From the NCBI RefSeq assembly GCF_009914755.1, contig NC_060943.1: DNA of 64,000 nucleotides. One strand, 5' to 3'. The notes under the pieces are model-generated. The model ran no database searches. It was not told the origin of the DNA and was given only the letters and a program-made list of their open reading frames with translations. Shown one piece after another: positions 39,589 through 53,891 of the stretch; positions within the stretch are counted from its first letter, which is position 1; each line of letters begins with the position of its first letter. The translations under genes were made by a program, and so were the position numbers. This stretch comes from the human T2T-CHM13v2.0 reference genome, Homo sapiens.

Positions 39589-40510
39589 GTTTCAGTCCCC
39601 TTGGTCAAGCACTTTCAGTATCTAATTCTGTATCTAATGTCCTGGCTGCAGGTGGTACCTGCTGGACAGGTCTTGCAGTACCTCTATGGCATGAGCACTC
39701 CATCCTTTTTCATTCCCAGCATGACCCCAGCTGTGTTTTGTTGTGATTTCATCTTAGTGTGGGAGCAGGCAAGTGGAGGAAAATGTTGAGTGGCATGTAT
39801 CTCATGATCTGGGAAAAGCCTCTGCATTGCCTTCAAGCAAGGGAAGGAGTTACCTCTTAAGAGGGAAGGGTGACCCATTTCTGCAAGTCCAGAAGGCTCT
39901 GGGGAGCCTGGGGATTTAAGATTTCCCAAGGCATTAATTCAGATGTCTGCAGCCCAGTGTCAGGGTCCATTTGTTTCTCAACTAGGGCCTTGATGTTGGC
40001 ATGGCAGACCTGCCTGGATTGGGGATTGAGAGTCTAACCTTTGGAGCTCAGCTGCTCTGATGACACCATTCTAGGCCTGATCCTCAGCTCTCTGTACCCT
40101 CCTACTGTAAGAGATGAGGACCTTTGATTTCCAAAGATGCCCACTGACTTTTAATTGGTGATTATTTGCTCTTATCTTTTTATTATCTTTTCCCAGATAA
40201 CAATCCAGCTTAGCTGGATTCCATGTTTCATTTAGTTACATTTCCTCCATATTTCTAACTACCTGATAAATCTCACCAGCAAACACACCCCCTTGAATGA
40301 ACACACCATCCTTATCAGCATCTGTGAGAGTTTTAACAAATGGACTAACACCTATCATATGATGGGAGCCTTATTGTCAGTGGAGTAGTGATTGAATCAT
40401 CCAGCTTCAAAATCTCGCCTCAGGGCTTGCTTTTTCTTGGACTGCATCTGTTTCTAGTTGCCACAGTTTGGGTTTTCTAGAAAGAAGACACTGATACAAA
40501 GTTTAGCATG

Positions 40511-40819
40511 CATCTTGTTTCATTGGAGCTGCTATAAGAAAATTCCATGGACTGGGCAGCTTATAAACAACGAAAATTTAGTTCTCATAGTTCTGGAGGC
40601 TGGAAGTCCAAGATCAAGGTGCTGGCAGATTTGTTGTCTGGTGAGAGTTCACCTCCTTGTTCATAGACAGCTGTCTTCTTGCTGTAGAAGGGTTCCACTT
40701 GCATGACCACATCTAGTCTTAATCACCTCCCCCAAATTCCATCTCCTAATATCATCACATTGGGTGGTAGGGTTTCAACATATGAATTTTAGGGGCACAC
40801 AGTTATTTAGTCCATAACA
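40511..40819 (-). mobile_element. MaLR LTR (MLT1A/MSTD-like) inside the provirus 5' LTR
   Basis: GCTGCTATAAG...CTTATAAACAAC...GTTCTGGAGGCTGGAAGTCCAAGATCAAGGTG...TTTCAACATATGAATTT...AGTCCATAACA. Confidence 0.88.
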
Positions 40820-41234
40820 GCGCATTTCATGTTTATGAAGGTATGCACTTGGCCTCAATACCTGTGATTAAGCCACGGGATTCATCAAGATGCAATGCAG
40901 GCTCAGTGACAGCCTACGGGGAGCTCTAGAGCTGGAAGACCCCTTAAGAGCCGAGCCAAGGTGGCCAGGCCTTTTTACCCCTGGGGTCATCAGTCGTTGA
41001 ATGGGAGATGCCCAGGAAGAAGCATGACCTTGGGTGAGGTGGCATTCCATAGATAACACGATTCCTAAGAGAGCTGACAGTTCATGGCCAGCTGATGCAC
41101 TCTTAGCATCTGGGGCCACAGATACTACATTAAAGGGAAATCTGAGAAACACATCACAGTGTCCCCCACAATACAGGTTATGATTGCTTTGTATTCTCTC
41201 TCATAATACCCCTTCATAAACATGAAGCATGCTG

Positions 41235-41340
41235 CTATGGACTAAACAATTGTGTCTCCCTAAAATCCATATGTTGAAACCCTATTGCCTAATGTGATGG
41301 TATTAGGAGGTGGATTTTGGGGAGGTGATTAGGATTATGT
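41235..41340 (+). mobile_element. MaLR LTR 5' fragment
   Basis: TGCTATGGACTAAAC...CATATGTTGAAACCCT...AATGTGATGGTATTAGGAGGTGG. Confidence 0.8.
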
Positions 41341-42229
41341 GTATCAGTTTTTCTCTCCCAGCCCCTAAGACAGCAGACAACACATAAATAATAAATATTG
41401 TTGAATAAATAGAACTGCACAAAATATTTCTGGAACATCCTTTACAGAAACTGGTTCTCTGCAGAGTATCTGTTGGAGCCACTGATATGTGGGAGTGACT
41501 GATGAACAGAGAATTTGAGGGCCAACAGGTCAGGCAATTCTGATCCTGTTGCCTGGCTTGTTCCTTCTCAGCAAGGTGGTCATGGCAGGCTCACATGGGG
41601 ATGCAAGCTGACAACTGGTGTGGGTGAGTGGCCAAGGTTGGAGCGTTGGAGTGGAGGTGATGTGGAACAAGATGTCTGGATGTATTGGAGCAGGCATTGC
41701 ATTGCATGCACACTTGGCCCACACAATAAATGGGAAACATCCCTGTTTCTAGCAAACAAAAGTTGACCGTTCTGCAGTAGAAGCAAGTCAAGAAGCAGAT
41801 CCCACCGAGATAGGACTCCAACATTTAAATAACCTGTTAAATGGCTTTCATTGCCAATAATCTGATTTGCACTCAGGCAAGACAAGTTGGATGCCTCAAA
41901 TGTGTCAATATGCAACAAGAAGATAAGGAAGAGAATTAGGTTCACCACCCAGGCTTTCACTTTCCATCCTTCATTTTCTTGGCAAGATTGCTAAATAGTT
42001 TTATATGGAACCAGAAATTGCTGCCTAATGCTAATTCGTGAATGATACAATCAGTGCTGAGGTAAATGGTATAGAGAATTGATACTGGAATAAATTGGGA
42101 TGCATCCCTTTAAATAACAATATCAACAAATTTTGGCACAAAGGGCAGGGGTCTTTGTTGAGCAACAATACTATCCCCGAGAGCTGAAGCTTGGTTGGAG
42201 AGAGACAGGCATCTGGAAGCGGAGGCGGG

Positions 42230-42425
42230 CTTGCACCCTGGCTCCTCTACCTGCCAGCCCTGTGACCTTGGCAAAGTCCTTTACTTCTCTCAGCCTTTAT
42301 TTCTGTAAGATGAGTAATAAATGTCACAGTTGTTATGAGGATAACATGAGAAATTGCATTTAGAACACTTGACACAGTACTTGGCACAGAACAACCGAGA
42401 AATACTAGCTGTTATTATTTATTAT
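42230..42425 (+). mobile_element. MIR
   Basis: CTGTGACCTTGGCAAAGTC...CTCTCAGCCTTTATTTCTGTAAGATGAG...GTTATGAGGATAACATGAGA...CACAGTACTTGGCACAG. Confidence 0.8.
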
Positions 42426-44625
42426 GATTGCTTATCTCCCACCTGAAGTGCTGAACACTGACCCCCAGGGAAGGTGGAGTTGGGGGCAGTCTTAGAGGGG
42501 TAAGTTACATCTCCAAGTGTTTCCAGCTCATTGCATGGAAATCCATTATGCATTGGGCCCTCTGAGATTCTGAGGATGGGTAGGAAACCTGAGCATCAGG
42601 GCACTCTCCTTCTTGAGGGATGGTTGTGGTTACAATCCCAGGAAACCCCATCAAAACCTTTTTGCAGTTTTGGGAAAACCTTGTGTTCTTATTGAACTTT
42701 CGTAAGCCCACAGGCTGCTCCCTGCCTCCCAAAGGCACAACCCACCACAGGCCAGGAATTTCTCTAAGACAGGGAGCTTTCCTGATACAACTTTAGGCCC
42801 TGGGCCTTACACTGCAAAGCAGTGCTGAGCCATTTTCCATGTAGACGCTCTGAGGATGGGAAGCTCTATATCTGCCTTTGCAATAGGGGAAGCTTCTCTC
42901 TGCCAAATCCTGTCAAGCACTTCAGGAGTCATATTCTATTTTTGTGGCATCATCACCTGACTACTTTATTTTCTGATTAGTCTGTGAGTTCCTGGAGGGT
43001 GGAGGCAGTATCTTGTTCATGTTTTAGTGGCCAGCATGGTGCCTAGGATGGGGCAAGGACTCAGGAAAGATCTGCTGGATATTCTGTTTCTGGGAAGAAA
43101 ATTCTGGCATGATACGTAGCATTGATGGGCTACCATATCAGGCCACGAGAGGAAATTAGGGTTAATAGGTTTCGCACTGCCCCATTACCTCCTCTTTCCA
43201 TATAGTCATTTGGGTGCCTCAAGTCTTCCAGATGGCTCTGTTGGGTTGGTTCCTGTTAAATATTGGTGCTTTTTGAACTCTGAGATGACCAAGGTATTTT
43301 AAGAAAGAGGTTGTCTCGGGGAAGAGCTTTTTAGAAGGCATTGTGACACTCTGTAGAGAACAGTCCAGCCCTAAAATAACACTTAAAAATGGCTACGAGC
43401 ATTACCCCTGTGTTTAGATAAATTCTCCTGAGGAGCTTTGTTCTCCAACAGACTGAGTTTTTGGTTGCTATTGGTTTTAAGATGCTTATTTCAGTAGCAA
43501 AAGTCACCCTTGGCTACTTGTGCAGAACATTGCATGTCTTTTTATCATTGTTACTGTTATTTTAAGCACATAGTGATATATATATATATATATCTCCAAA
43601 GTTTTGCTTTGGATGAGAAAAGGGTAAGATACCAACAAGGACTAGAGGTAATTAAATGGGTCTTCAGGAGGATCATGGCCAGAGACCAGGGCTTGCCCAG
43701 CCTGGCCTTCCTCAGCCCTCCGCCTCTGGTTTCAGTGTCTCCACCCTGGCTGATCTTGGGTCTTTGTCTGTGTGTGGCTTTGGATTTTCTTACTCTTCTC
43801 ATTCCTGCTTGGAAACTCCTCTTTCTTAGTGCCCTCAGGTTACCTCCTCCATGGAGATTACTGAATACTGAATTATGTGAATAGCTGAAAACATGCTCTA
43901 TTGGCATATCAGGTGGCCCCAGCTCACTGAAATGCAAGGATGGTCTTGGGGGTCCCAGCATTTAGAAATGGAGGGAGTCTTGGTGTTAGAAGTGATTCTT
44001 CATGGGTTGAAGGAGGGGGAGTAATTCTGCAATACTTTGTGGTTCAACCTTTTGACCATCTCGACGTCATGTTTAACATAAGAAATTGAGTAGCACCAGT
44101 TACTAGTGGCCACTGGAATCAGAGACCTTCTGATCCAGGAAATTGATTTTATCCATTCATCTTTAGTTGAACTGGATCCAAATGGTGGCTGGTAATAGTC
44201 ATTTTAACATGTTGAAATATTATTTCTAAAATAGTCATTCAACACAACCTGTCTGGAAGTTTTCTGGAGAACAGATATTTTTGGAATCCTTTTGACAGCC
44301 GGGCCAACACAATTGTGGTAGAGAATGACTAATGAGTAGTCACTGTATCTCTTAGCCCCACTGTTTGCGAGCAAGCCTTATTGAGTGTGTACTGGCTACT
44401 GGGCATGATTTTGTAGTGGATCAGCCCTGCTGACTCCCGACGCGTGAGAAGGCTGTGGATGTTGAAGGCTATCCCAGGTAAACAGATACCAGTTGCTCCT
44501 TAACCAGAGCCCTCTCAACGGCTACGCCAACCAAAGGGAATGTAGAGTCAAGCATGAACCCAGGCAGAAATTGTTGTGCATGAGCTTGCCAAAAGTGCTT
44601 GATTAAAAAAAAAAAAAAAAACCTC

Positions 44626-45081
44626 TGTGAAAGAAAAATAGAATCTCAGGACCCCGAACTCACAATGCCAAAAGGAAAGTTAAGTTTGGGAACTGAGTCA
44701 CGCAAAAACTGCTTCCTTTTTGTTCCCAGATAGCTGTCACTTTATATGTTTGCTTTATCTCATGTAAAATGTAGATTTGCTGAGCAGGAGACAATGCATG
44801 GTTGACTCCTCCCCATCCTTTTCTTTAAGCAAGTGAAATGTGGATTTTCTGAGCACTAATCAGAGCCTCACAGAATGTCATCATTGTCTGCCTATCCTCC
44901 TTTTCTTTCTGCCCCTCGTTTCTCCAAATATTAAAGTTCCCAAAACTCTTTTTGGAAAAAGCACAGGACACAAAACCTATTGGGGCTTGTGTTCCCCAGC
45001 CCCACCCTGGGCGTGTCCTCAACCTTGGCAAAATAAACCTCTAATCCACTGAGATCTGCCTCAGTCACTTTTTGACTTACA
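44626..45081 (+). mobile_element. ERV1 solo LTR (MER4 family)
   Basis: TGTGAAAGAAAAATAGAATCTCAGGACCCC...; AATAAA 45032-45037; ends TTACA; flanks CCTC/TCTC. Confidence 0.85.
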
Positions 45082-45426
45082 TCTCCTTCACTCCACTTTC
45101 TCCCTGGGAGTAAACTGGTGTTTCCCAAAGTGTGTGTCCTCCTGGCTCTTGATTGACTTATGGGAAGAATTACATTGCCTTTAGTGGCTTCCATTGGAGT
45201 TGCAAGCCTGGAAGAGTGATGGGTTTCTCCTAACAGGGACAAAACCCTGGCCAGGGAGCTCTGAGGTTACGCCTCTGGAGCTGCATGGGTACAGTGACCT
45301 ATCCCCTAGGTGTATGCACATTGCCTCCAGTGACACCAGACAATAGGCAGGCTACAGCCAGCACTGAATGTCACCCAACGCTAAGTCCACTCTTCTGCTT
45401 AGGGTACGGAACATGTGCGCTTCTTT

Positions 45427-45723
<297 letters not shown>

Positions 45724-46746
45724 ACATGTGCACTTCTTTATCAGCTCTGAAAACTGTGAGCAACTGAACTTCCTACACCAAGGGGGAAGAGGACGGTGGA
45801 GACAGCACATGCTGACTGATGGCTCAATACTCCCCCTGTAAAACGGTGAGGATAACATCCAGTGACAGATGCACACGTGGCTTCCAATCTCAAGAAAACT
45901 GACCTCATAAGGAGGGGAGAAGGTCAGCAAGGTTTCCCAGGCCGAGACCCTGCGAGGTCTGATAAGAAAGGGAGCAATTTTAAAAATCAATGGAATATTT
46001 ACTGGAGTCCTGAGCATAGTCCTGCATCTATTGTAAAGGATGCTTCCCAGGTATCTATAAATAAAAGATGCTTGCCCTTCTGTGTGGGTCTCCTGGAAGC
46101 TGTAGAAAGGTACGAGACAGAGAAAAAAAAAAAAAAAAGCCCTCTCCATATCAGAACATTCTGTGATAGACGGCATCTCCTACTGACATTTTCATTAGCA
46201 GGAAATTTATGTTCCTATTTCTGTCTGTTGTAATGACCATTCATAGCCATAGCATGGTGGCGGCTAATGGACAGGAATGGAAAAAAAATTCTTTAATTAA
46301 TGCAGAAGTGAAGCTTTTTCTTTCTGCACTTTGAGAAGCCAAGTAATTCACAGCAGTTCTTGGCACTGAAGTGGAGGTAAAATAATTATACGCAATTTCT
46401 AGTGATTAAAAGATTGTAAAATAATTTTAGTTACATCTTAAAATTATTTATTTTGTAAATGAGAAAAAGTGAAGAAATGTGAATAATGAGTTCTGAGTGT
46501 CAGGGTAGATTCTGGAGAAAGTTCCTCCTGGATGCCTGACTGCAGATGGCACCTGGCCTCTGAGCTTCTGGCCTGAGGCCAGCCTTGACCTCTGTCCAGC
46601 CCTGTCCTGCTTGGTTGCATGGTTGTCCAGACTTGGTTGGAAGGGAAACCAGCCCATCTCTGGGTCTTTTCTTTGAATGCATGGTCTTAAGAAGAGGAGC
46701 TATCTGAATCAGCAGTTGCCTTACAAGGGAGTTTTTGTTTATTTGT

Positions 46747-47295
46747 TGTATTAGGATTCTCTAGAGGGACAGAAATAATAGGATATACATGAAAGGGAGT
46801 TTATTAGGAGAATTGACTCACACAATCACAAGGTGAAGTCCCACAATAGGTTATCTGCAAGCTGAGGAGTAAGGAAGCCAGTCCGAGTCCCAAAACCTCA
46901 AAAGTAGGGAGGCCAACAGTGCAGCCTTCAGTCTGTGGCCAAAGGCCAAAGAGCTCCTGGCAAACCACTGGTATAAGTCCAAGAGTCCAAGAGCCGAAGA
47001 ACTGGCAGTCTGATGTTTGAGGGCAGGAAGCATAAAGCACAGGAGAAAGATGAAGGCTGGAAGACACAGCAAGTCAGCTTCTTCCACCTTCTTCTGCCTG
47101 CTTTTTCTACCTGCGTTGGCAGCCGACTGGATGGTGCCCACCCACATTTTGGATGAGTCTTCCTGAGGGTGGGTCTTCCTCTCCCACTCCACTGACTCAA
47201 ATGTTAATCTCTTCTGGCAACACCCAGTTAGACCCAGAAACAATACTTTGCATGCTTCCATCCAATCAAGTTGACACTTAATATTAACCATCACA
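46747..47295 (-). mobile_element. MLT2A-type (HERV-L) solo LTR, complete
   Basis: 549 bp, TG...CA termini, perfect 5-bp TSD TTTGT (46742-46746, 47296-47300); hallmark TTCTCTAGAGGGACAGAA and CAATCAAGTTGACAC...ATTAACCATCACA. Confidence 0.92.
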
Positions 47296-48092
47296 TTTGT
47301 TTTGATTTTTGTTTTCTTTTTTGAAAATCTAAAGCCAGGCTTCAGGGAAGCCATGTAGGGTGCTTAAGGTAACACAGCGAAAGTGACTGAGTTGACTGGT
47401 GCAGGTCTGTAGGCCCAATGCTGCTTATGCCTCCCAAGGCCTTCTGCACGCAGGTGCACTCTGCAGACACTCCATCCCCTTCCTCTCTTGAGAGGATGCG
47501 GGAGGGCACATGAGAGAAAGCAATATGGAAAATTAGCAGATGAACTAGGAAGAAAAATCATAGGCAGGGTACTCTGGGCCTCCTGGGTTGTGGAAAGGAG
47601 CTGTACAGAGGGTGGTGTGTTGTTTGTGCAGTATGGCTCAATCGGCCCTTACCCGGCAGCATCCCTGTGGGATACTCCATGAAGAAGAGACAAGCTCCAA
47701 GGCGATGGTGCAGGGATGCCCAACACGTATTTAGCAACTCAGTCAGGGAAAACAAAGGTCTCCTCACAGAGAAATGCCCCTCACTACACTGTTTTTCTCG
47801 TTAGGTGTGGGTGCCTTAAGATTGCCTTCTTTACATTTCCACACATTTAAAGAAATCCTGCTCAAATCCTAGAGCAGAAAGTTCTGGGACTGGAGGACTG
47901 GAGGCTACATCAGCAGCCCAGCCTAGTGGAAAAAATGACCACATTTTATAAATTGTAAAATGTGTTTATTGTAGTATTTCTTTATCATATCCTGAATAAT
48001 ACTACATATGCTTACATACATTTATATATTAAAGTGTGTATAAAATAAAATTTATACAAAACCAGGTAGATAAGTTTACAGATGATTTCAAG

Positions 48093-48396
48093 TTTTTTTT
48101 TTTTTCTTTTTTAGAGACAGGGTCTCCCTCTGTGGCCCAGGCTGGAGTGCAATGGCACCTTAAAGGCTCATTGCAGCCTTGAACTTCTGGGCTCAAGGGA
48201 TCCTCCCACCTCAGCCTCCTGAGTAGCTGGGACTGCAGGCATGCATCACCATGCCCAGCTAATTTTTAAAATTTTTGGTAGAGATAGGGTTTCACTGTGT
48301 CACCCAGATTGTTCTTGAACTCCTGGGACCAAGCAATCCTCCTGCCTTGAAGTCTCAAAGTGTTGGGATTATAGGTATAAGCTACTGCACCCAGCC
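48093..48396 (-). mobile_element. AluJ
   Basis: Poly-T followed by reverse Alu; TCAAGT on both flanks. Confidence 0.93.
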
Positions 48397-51300
48397 TCAA
48401 GTATTCTTTAAAGGTAATTTTGACACTGTGATTTTCCATGTGCCTACTGAAGGGCCTATCTCTTTAATAAGAATAATTTCACCAGAGTAATAGCTATGGC
48501 TTTCACGGAGTGTGCCCCTGCCAGGCACTTTGCTAACTACCTAGGATGCATTATATTACAGAATCTCCACAACTGCCCTTCAAGGTAGGTATTATTCCCA
48601 TCTCTTGAGATGTAGGAATTGATGATTAGGGAGTTAAATACTAAGTATGCATTTTGGAGCAGGAGTGATCTGGTTTGGATGGGAACTTGGTCATTTCCTG
48701 GCTGTAGGGTGCAGATAGCTTACTGAAGGCCTCTCAGCTCAGTTCCTGGTAACCATGACAGCTGTTACAAGTGCATCCCTGAAGGTCTGTGACGCGTCCA
48801 GACTCCTCTTCTGCCTGCTGTCCCATGGCAGGCTCTTCCTTTCTCCGCTGACTTGCTTTTGCACCTTGGCCATATCTGTGTGGGTCTATTTCTGGAAACT
48901 ATTCTGTACCACCCATCAGTATCCCCTCGCTAATAACACCACAGTGTCCCGAATACCGAAGCAAATTCTGAAATCAGACAGTGTTGACAAATTTGCAGCA
49001 GCATTTATTGAAATAATTTTTGATTGTTTTTCAGTATATAGTCTCAAAAATATTTTATTACGTTTGTCCTAAGTATTTTACTTTTGGACCTATTGTAAAT
49101 GATACTGTTTTTAAAATCCCTGTTTCTAGTTATTCATTGTTAGTATATAGAAATATGATAAATACTTTTCTTTTAAATCTTTTATCCTGCAAACCTTGAT
49201 AATCTCACTTACTAGTTTTAAAAATATTTTTGTAGATACCTTGGGATTTTCTAAGTATACAATTATTAATATTTCTTCTGTGAATAGGGACAGTTTTATT
49301 TCTTCCTTTCTAATTTGTGTGCCGTTTCTTTTCTTGCCTTATGGCACCGGCTCAGGCATCTAGTAAGATGTAAAATAGAACTTCTGGGAGTAGACATCCT
49401 TGCTTTCTTCCCATCTTGGGGAAAAGCATCTAATCTCTCATCATTAGGTGCGATGTTACTTGTAGGTTTTTCACACATATCCTTTATTCGGTTCTTATTA
49501 GGTTGAGGAATTCTCTTCTATTTCTAATTTTGCTGAGAGGTTTTATAACCATAAATGGTTGTCTAATACTGTAAAATTCTTTCTCTGTACCAGTTTATTT
49601 GTTTTTTTCTTCTTTAGACTAATAACAAATTAATATGGTTGATAGTGTATTATATTAATTGATTTTTAAACACTGAATCAGCCCTATACTTCCAGGATAA
49701 ATCCCACTTAGTCACAGTCTATTATTACTTCTATATATTGCTGAATATAATCTGCTAACATTATGTTGAGGACTTTTTCCTTTCTTGTACATTTTTGTCT
49801 AGCTTTGGTATCAGGGCAGATCTAATCTCCTAATTTGGGAAATAGTCCTTCTTTTATTTTCAGGAAGGGATTGTATAGAATTGGTGTTGTTTCTCCTTTG
49901 GATGTTTGTCAGAACTCAGTGAAACTATCTGATCGAGGAGGACAATTTTTTCTCCAGATTTTTTTTTTTTTAAACTTCTAGTTCAATGTTTTTAATAGTT
50001 ATAAGATGATTCAGGTTACCTATTTCTTCTTCGAAAACTTTGGCTGTTTGTGCCATTTGGCTAAGTAGTTGAATTTATATGCACATAGCTTTTTAAAAAT
50101 AATGTTTTCTTATTAACCTTCTAATATCTGTGAGGTCTGTGGGCATGTCCCTTTTTCAATTCTGCTGTTTATAATACATTTTGTCTTTCTCTGGTATTTT
50201 CCTTGTCAGCTAAAAGTTTATCTTCTACTTTTTTTTTGGAGAATCAATTCTTTTTTGAAGAATCAACTTTTGTTTTCTTTATTTTTTTCTATTTATTTTT
50301 TATTCGTATTTTCTTTTATTTCTCTTTATTATTTCCTGCTTCTGCTTGTTTTGGGTTTCTTTTGCTCTTTTTTTTCTAGTTTCTTAATGTGGAAGCCCAG
50401 ACTGTTGAGTTGAGGTCTTTCTTCTTGTCTAATGTAAACTTTGAATCCTATAAATTTTCCTTTAAGCACTGATTTAAGTACATACTGGAATGTTTGATAC
50501 AATGTCTTTTCATTTTCGTTCAGTTAAAATAGTTTCTAAATTTTCTTTAGATTGCTTTTTTGACACGTATAATTCTTAATGTAACTTTTAGAGCAGTTTT
50601 ACATTTACAGAAAAATTGAACAGAAAGTAGGTTCCCACCCCTCATCCCCCATGAGTTTCCCCAACTGTTAACATCCTGCACTGGTGTGGTACATTTGTTA
50701 TAATTGGCCAACGAACACTGATACATTATTATTAAAGCCCATGGTTCACACTATGGTTCTTCCTTTGTGTTGTACAGTTCTATGGATTTTTCCAAGTGCA
50801 TAATGTCTTTTATCCATCATTGCAATATCATACAAAATAGATTCACTGCCCTAAAAATCTGCTGTTCTTCAACTGTTTATCCTTTCACCATCTCACCCCA
50901 CAACCCCTGGCAACCACATATCTCCTTACTGTCGCTACAATTTTACTTTATCCAAAGTGTCATATAGTTGGAATCGTACATTATGTACTATTTTCAGATT
51001 GGGTTCTTTCTCTGAGAAATATGCATGTAAGGTTCCTCTATATTCCTTCATGGCCTGATAACTCATTTCTTTGTATTGCTGAAAAATATCCCCTTGTATG
51101 AATGTACCATTGTTTGTTTACCCCTTCACTTATGGAAGGTCATCTTGGTTCCTTCCTATTTTTGCCAATTCTGAATAAAACTACTATGAACATTGTGTGC
51201 AGGTTTGTGTGTGGGCATAAGTTTTCAAGCCTGTTGGCTAAATACCTAGAAGTGTGATTGCTGGATTATATGATACGACTGTTTAGCTTCACGAGAAACT

Positions 51301-52948
51301 GCCAAATTCTCTTCCAAAGTGGCTGGTGTCTTTGAAATCCCACCAGCAGTGAATGAGGGTTCTGGTTGCTCCATGTCCTCCTTAACAACTGCTGTCTTCA
51401 GTGTTTTGGATTTCAGCCATCCTAATAGATGTGGAGAGATATTGCATAATTGTTTTCACTTGCAATTCCCTAAAGATATTTGCTGTTGAGTATCTTTTCA
51501 TATGCTGTTTTGCCATCTATATGTCTTCTTTGGTGAGGTGTCTATTCAGATATTTTGTCACTTTTTTAATTGGGTTGTTTTCTCATTATAGAGTTGTAAG
51601 AGTTCTTCATACATTTTAGATGTAAGTCCTTTATCACTTTGTTGTTTTACAAATATTTTTTCTCAGTCCATGGCTTGTCTTTTCATTCTCTGAATAGTCT
51701 TTCATAGATAAGTTATCAATTTTAATAAAGTCTAAGTTACCGATTTTTTTTTTTCATGGACATATTGCCAAATCCAAGGTTACTTAGTTGTTTTCTTTTT
51801 TCCCATGCTGTCTTCCAGGAGTTTTATAGTTTTGCATTTAATGTTTGGGACTCAGGTCAGTGTTTAGACAGACTTTTTTTTTTTTTTGTATGTGGATGTC
51901 CAGTTGTTCCAGCACAATTTGTTGAAAAAACTATCTTTTCTCCATGTGATCGTCTTTGCCCCTTTGCCAAATACCAGTTGACTGTATTTGTGTGGGTCCA
52001 TTTCTGGGCTTTCTATTCTATTCCATTGATCTATTTATTCTTTTGCCAATATCACATTGTCTTGACTACTGTAACACTACAGTAAGACTTGAAGTTGGAT
52101 AATTGATGTCTTTTGACTTTGTTCTTCTTTAACACTGTGTTGGCTGTTTTGGGTCTTTTGCCTTTTCATATAAACTCTAAAATCAGCTGTTTGATATCCA
52201 CAAAGTAACTCTCTGAAATTTTGGTTGGAATTTCATTTAACCTATTGATCAAGTTTGGAAGAACCAATATTTTAACAATGTTGAATTTTTTCATCCATGA
52301 GCATGGAATTGTTTTTTATTTATTTACATTTTCTTATTTTTAAATCAGAATTTTGTAGTTTTTCTCATACACATCTAGTACATATTTTGTTAGATTTATA
52401 CCTATGTATTTCTATTTTTAGTGCTAATGCAAATTCTGTTGTGTTTTTAATTTAAAATTCCAATTGTTCATTGCTGGTCTACAGGAAAACATTTCTTTGC
52501 CTTACTGTACTAGCTAGGAATTTTGGTATGGTGTTGAATAGGAGTGATGATCTGGTTTCTCACTGTTAAGTGTGTTAGGTGTTAGGGTTTTTGTAGATAT
52601 TATTTATCAAGTTAAGTTGAGGAAGATTCTCTGTATTCCTGGTTTTTTAAGAGTTATTTAAAAATCATGAATAGGTGTTGGAGTTTGTCAGGTGCTTTTG
52701 CTGGATCCATTGACATGATTATAAATACATTTTAGCTGTTGATGTGGTAGATTATATTGAATATTCAATGTCAAACCAGACTTGCATACTAGAAAAATAC
52801 CATTTGGTCATGTATAATTATTTTTTATACGTTTTGGATTCAATTAGATGATTTTGTGAGGAATTTTGCATCTCTATCCATGAGAGATATTGGTCTATAG
52901 TTTACCTTTCTTCTTATGTCTTATTATCCTATTAATGTCCATGGGATC

Positions 52949-53340
52949 TGCTATGGTTGGAAGGTGTCCCCCAGACTTTATGTTGGAAACTTAATTTTCA
53001 GTGCAAAGGTGTTGAGAGGTAGAACCTTTAAGAGGTAATTAGGTCATGAGGGTTCTGCCCTTGTGAGTGGATTATTATTGTGGGAATGGGTTACTTATCA
53101 CGGGAGTGGGTTCCTGACTAGAGGATGAATTTGGTCCTGTCTTGCACATTCTCACCCTCACCCTCTCTTGCCTTTCTGCCTTTCCCCATGAGATGACACA
53201 GCACAAAGGCCCTCCATAAATGCCAATGCTATGCTTTTGGACTTCTCAGCCTCCAGAAACATAAGCTAAATCAATTTCTGTTCATTAAAATTACCCAGTT
53301 TGTGGTATTCTGTTATAGCAACGTAAAGTGGACTAAGATA
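52949..53340 (+). mobile_element. MaLR solo LTR (MST-type) inside L1
   Basis: TGCTATGGTTGG...GGACTTCTCAGCCTCCAGAA...GGACTAAGATA; TSD GGATC / GAATC. Confidence 0.9.
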
Positions 53341-53509
53341 GAATCAGCAACAATGCTCTCTTTTATTTATGATATTAGTAGCTTTTGTCTTCTCTCTTTT
53401 TTTCCTGGTTAGCCTGGCTGGAGATTGTGCAATTTTATTGATATTTTCAAAGAAACTGTTATTGGTTTTATTGCTTTTCTCTATTGTTGTTCTGATTTCA
53501 ATTTTTTAA

Positions 53510-53891
<382 letters not shown>

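Larger units (their letters stand above)
34123..41170 (-). mobile_element. Decayed class III ERV (ERVL; LTR16-type LTRs with ERV3-16A3-like internal region) with nested insertions
   Basis: LTR16-like LTRs at 34123-34546 and 40459-41170 in the same orientation; between them, ORF fragments resembling ERV-L gag, protease, RT and tether in the correct order on the - strand. Confidence 0.82.
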
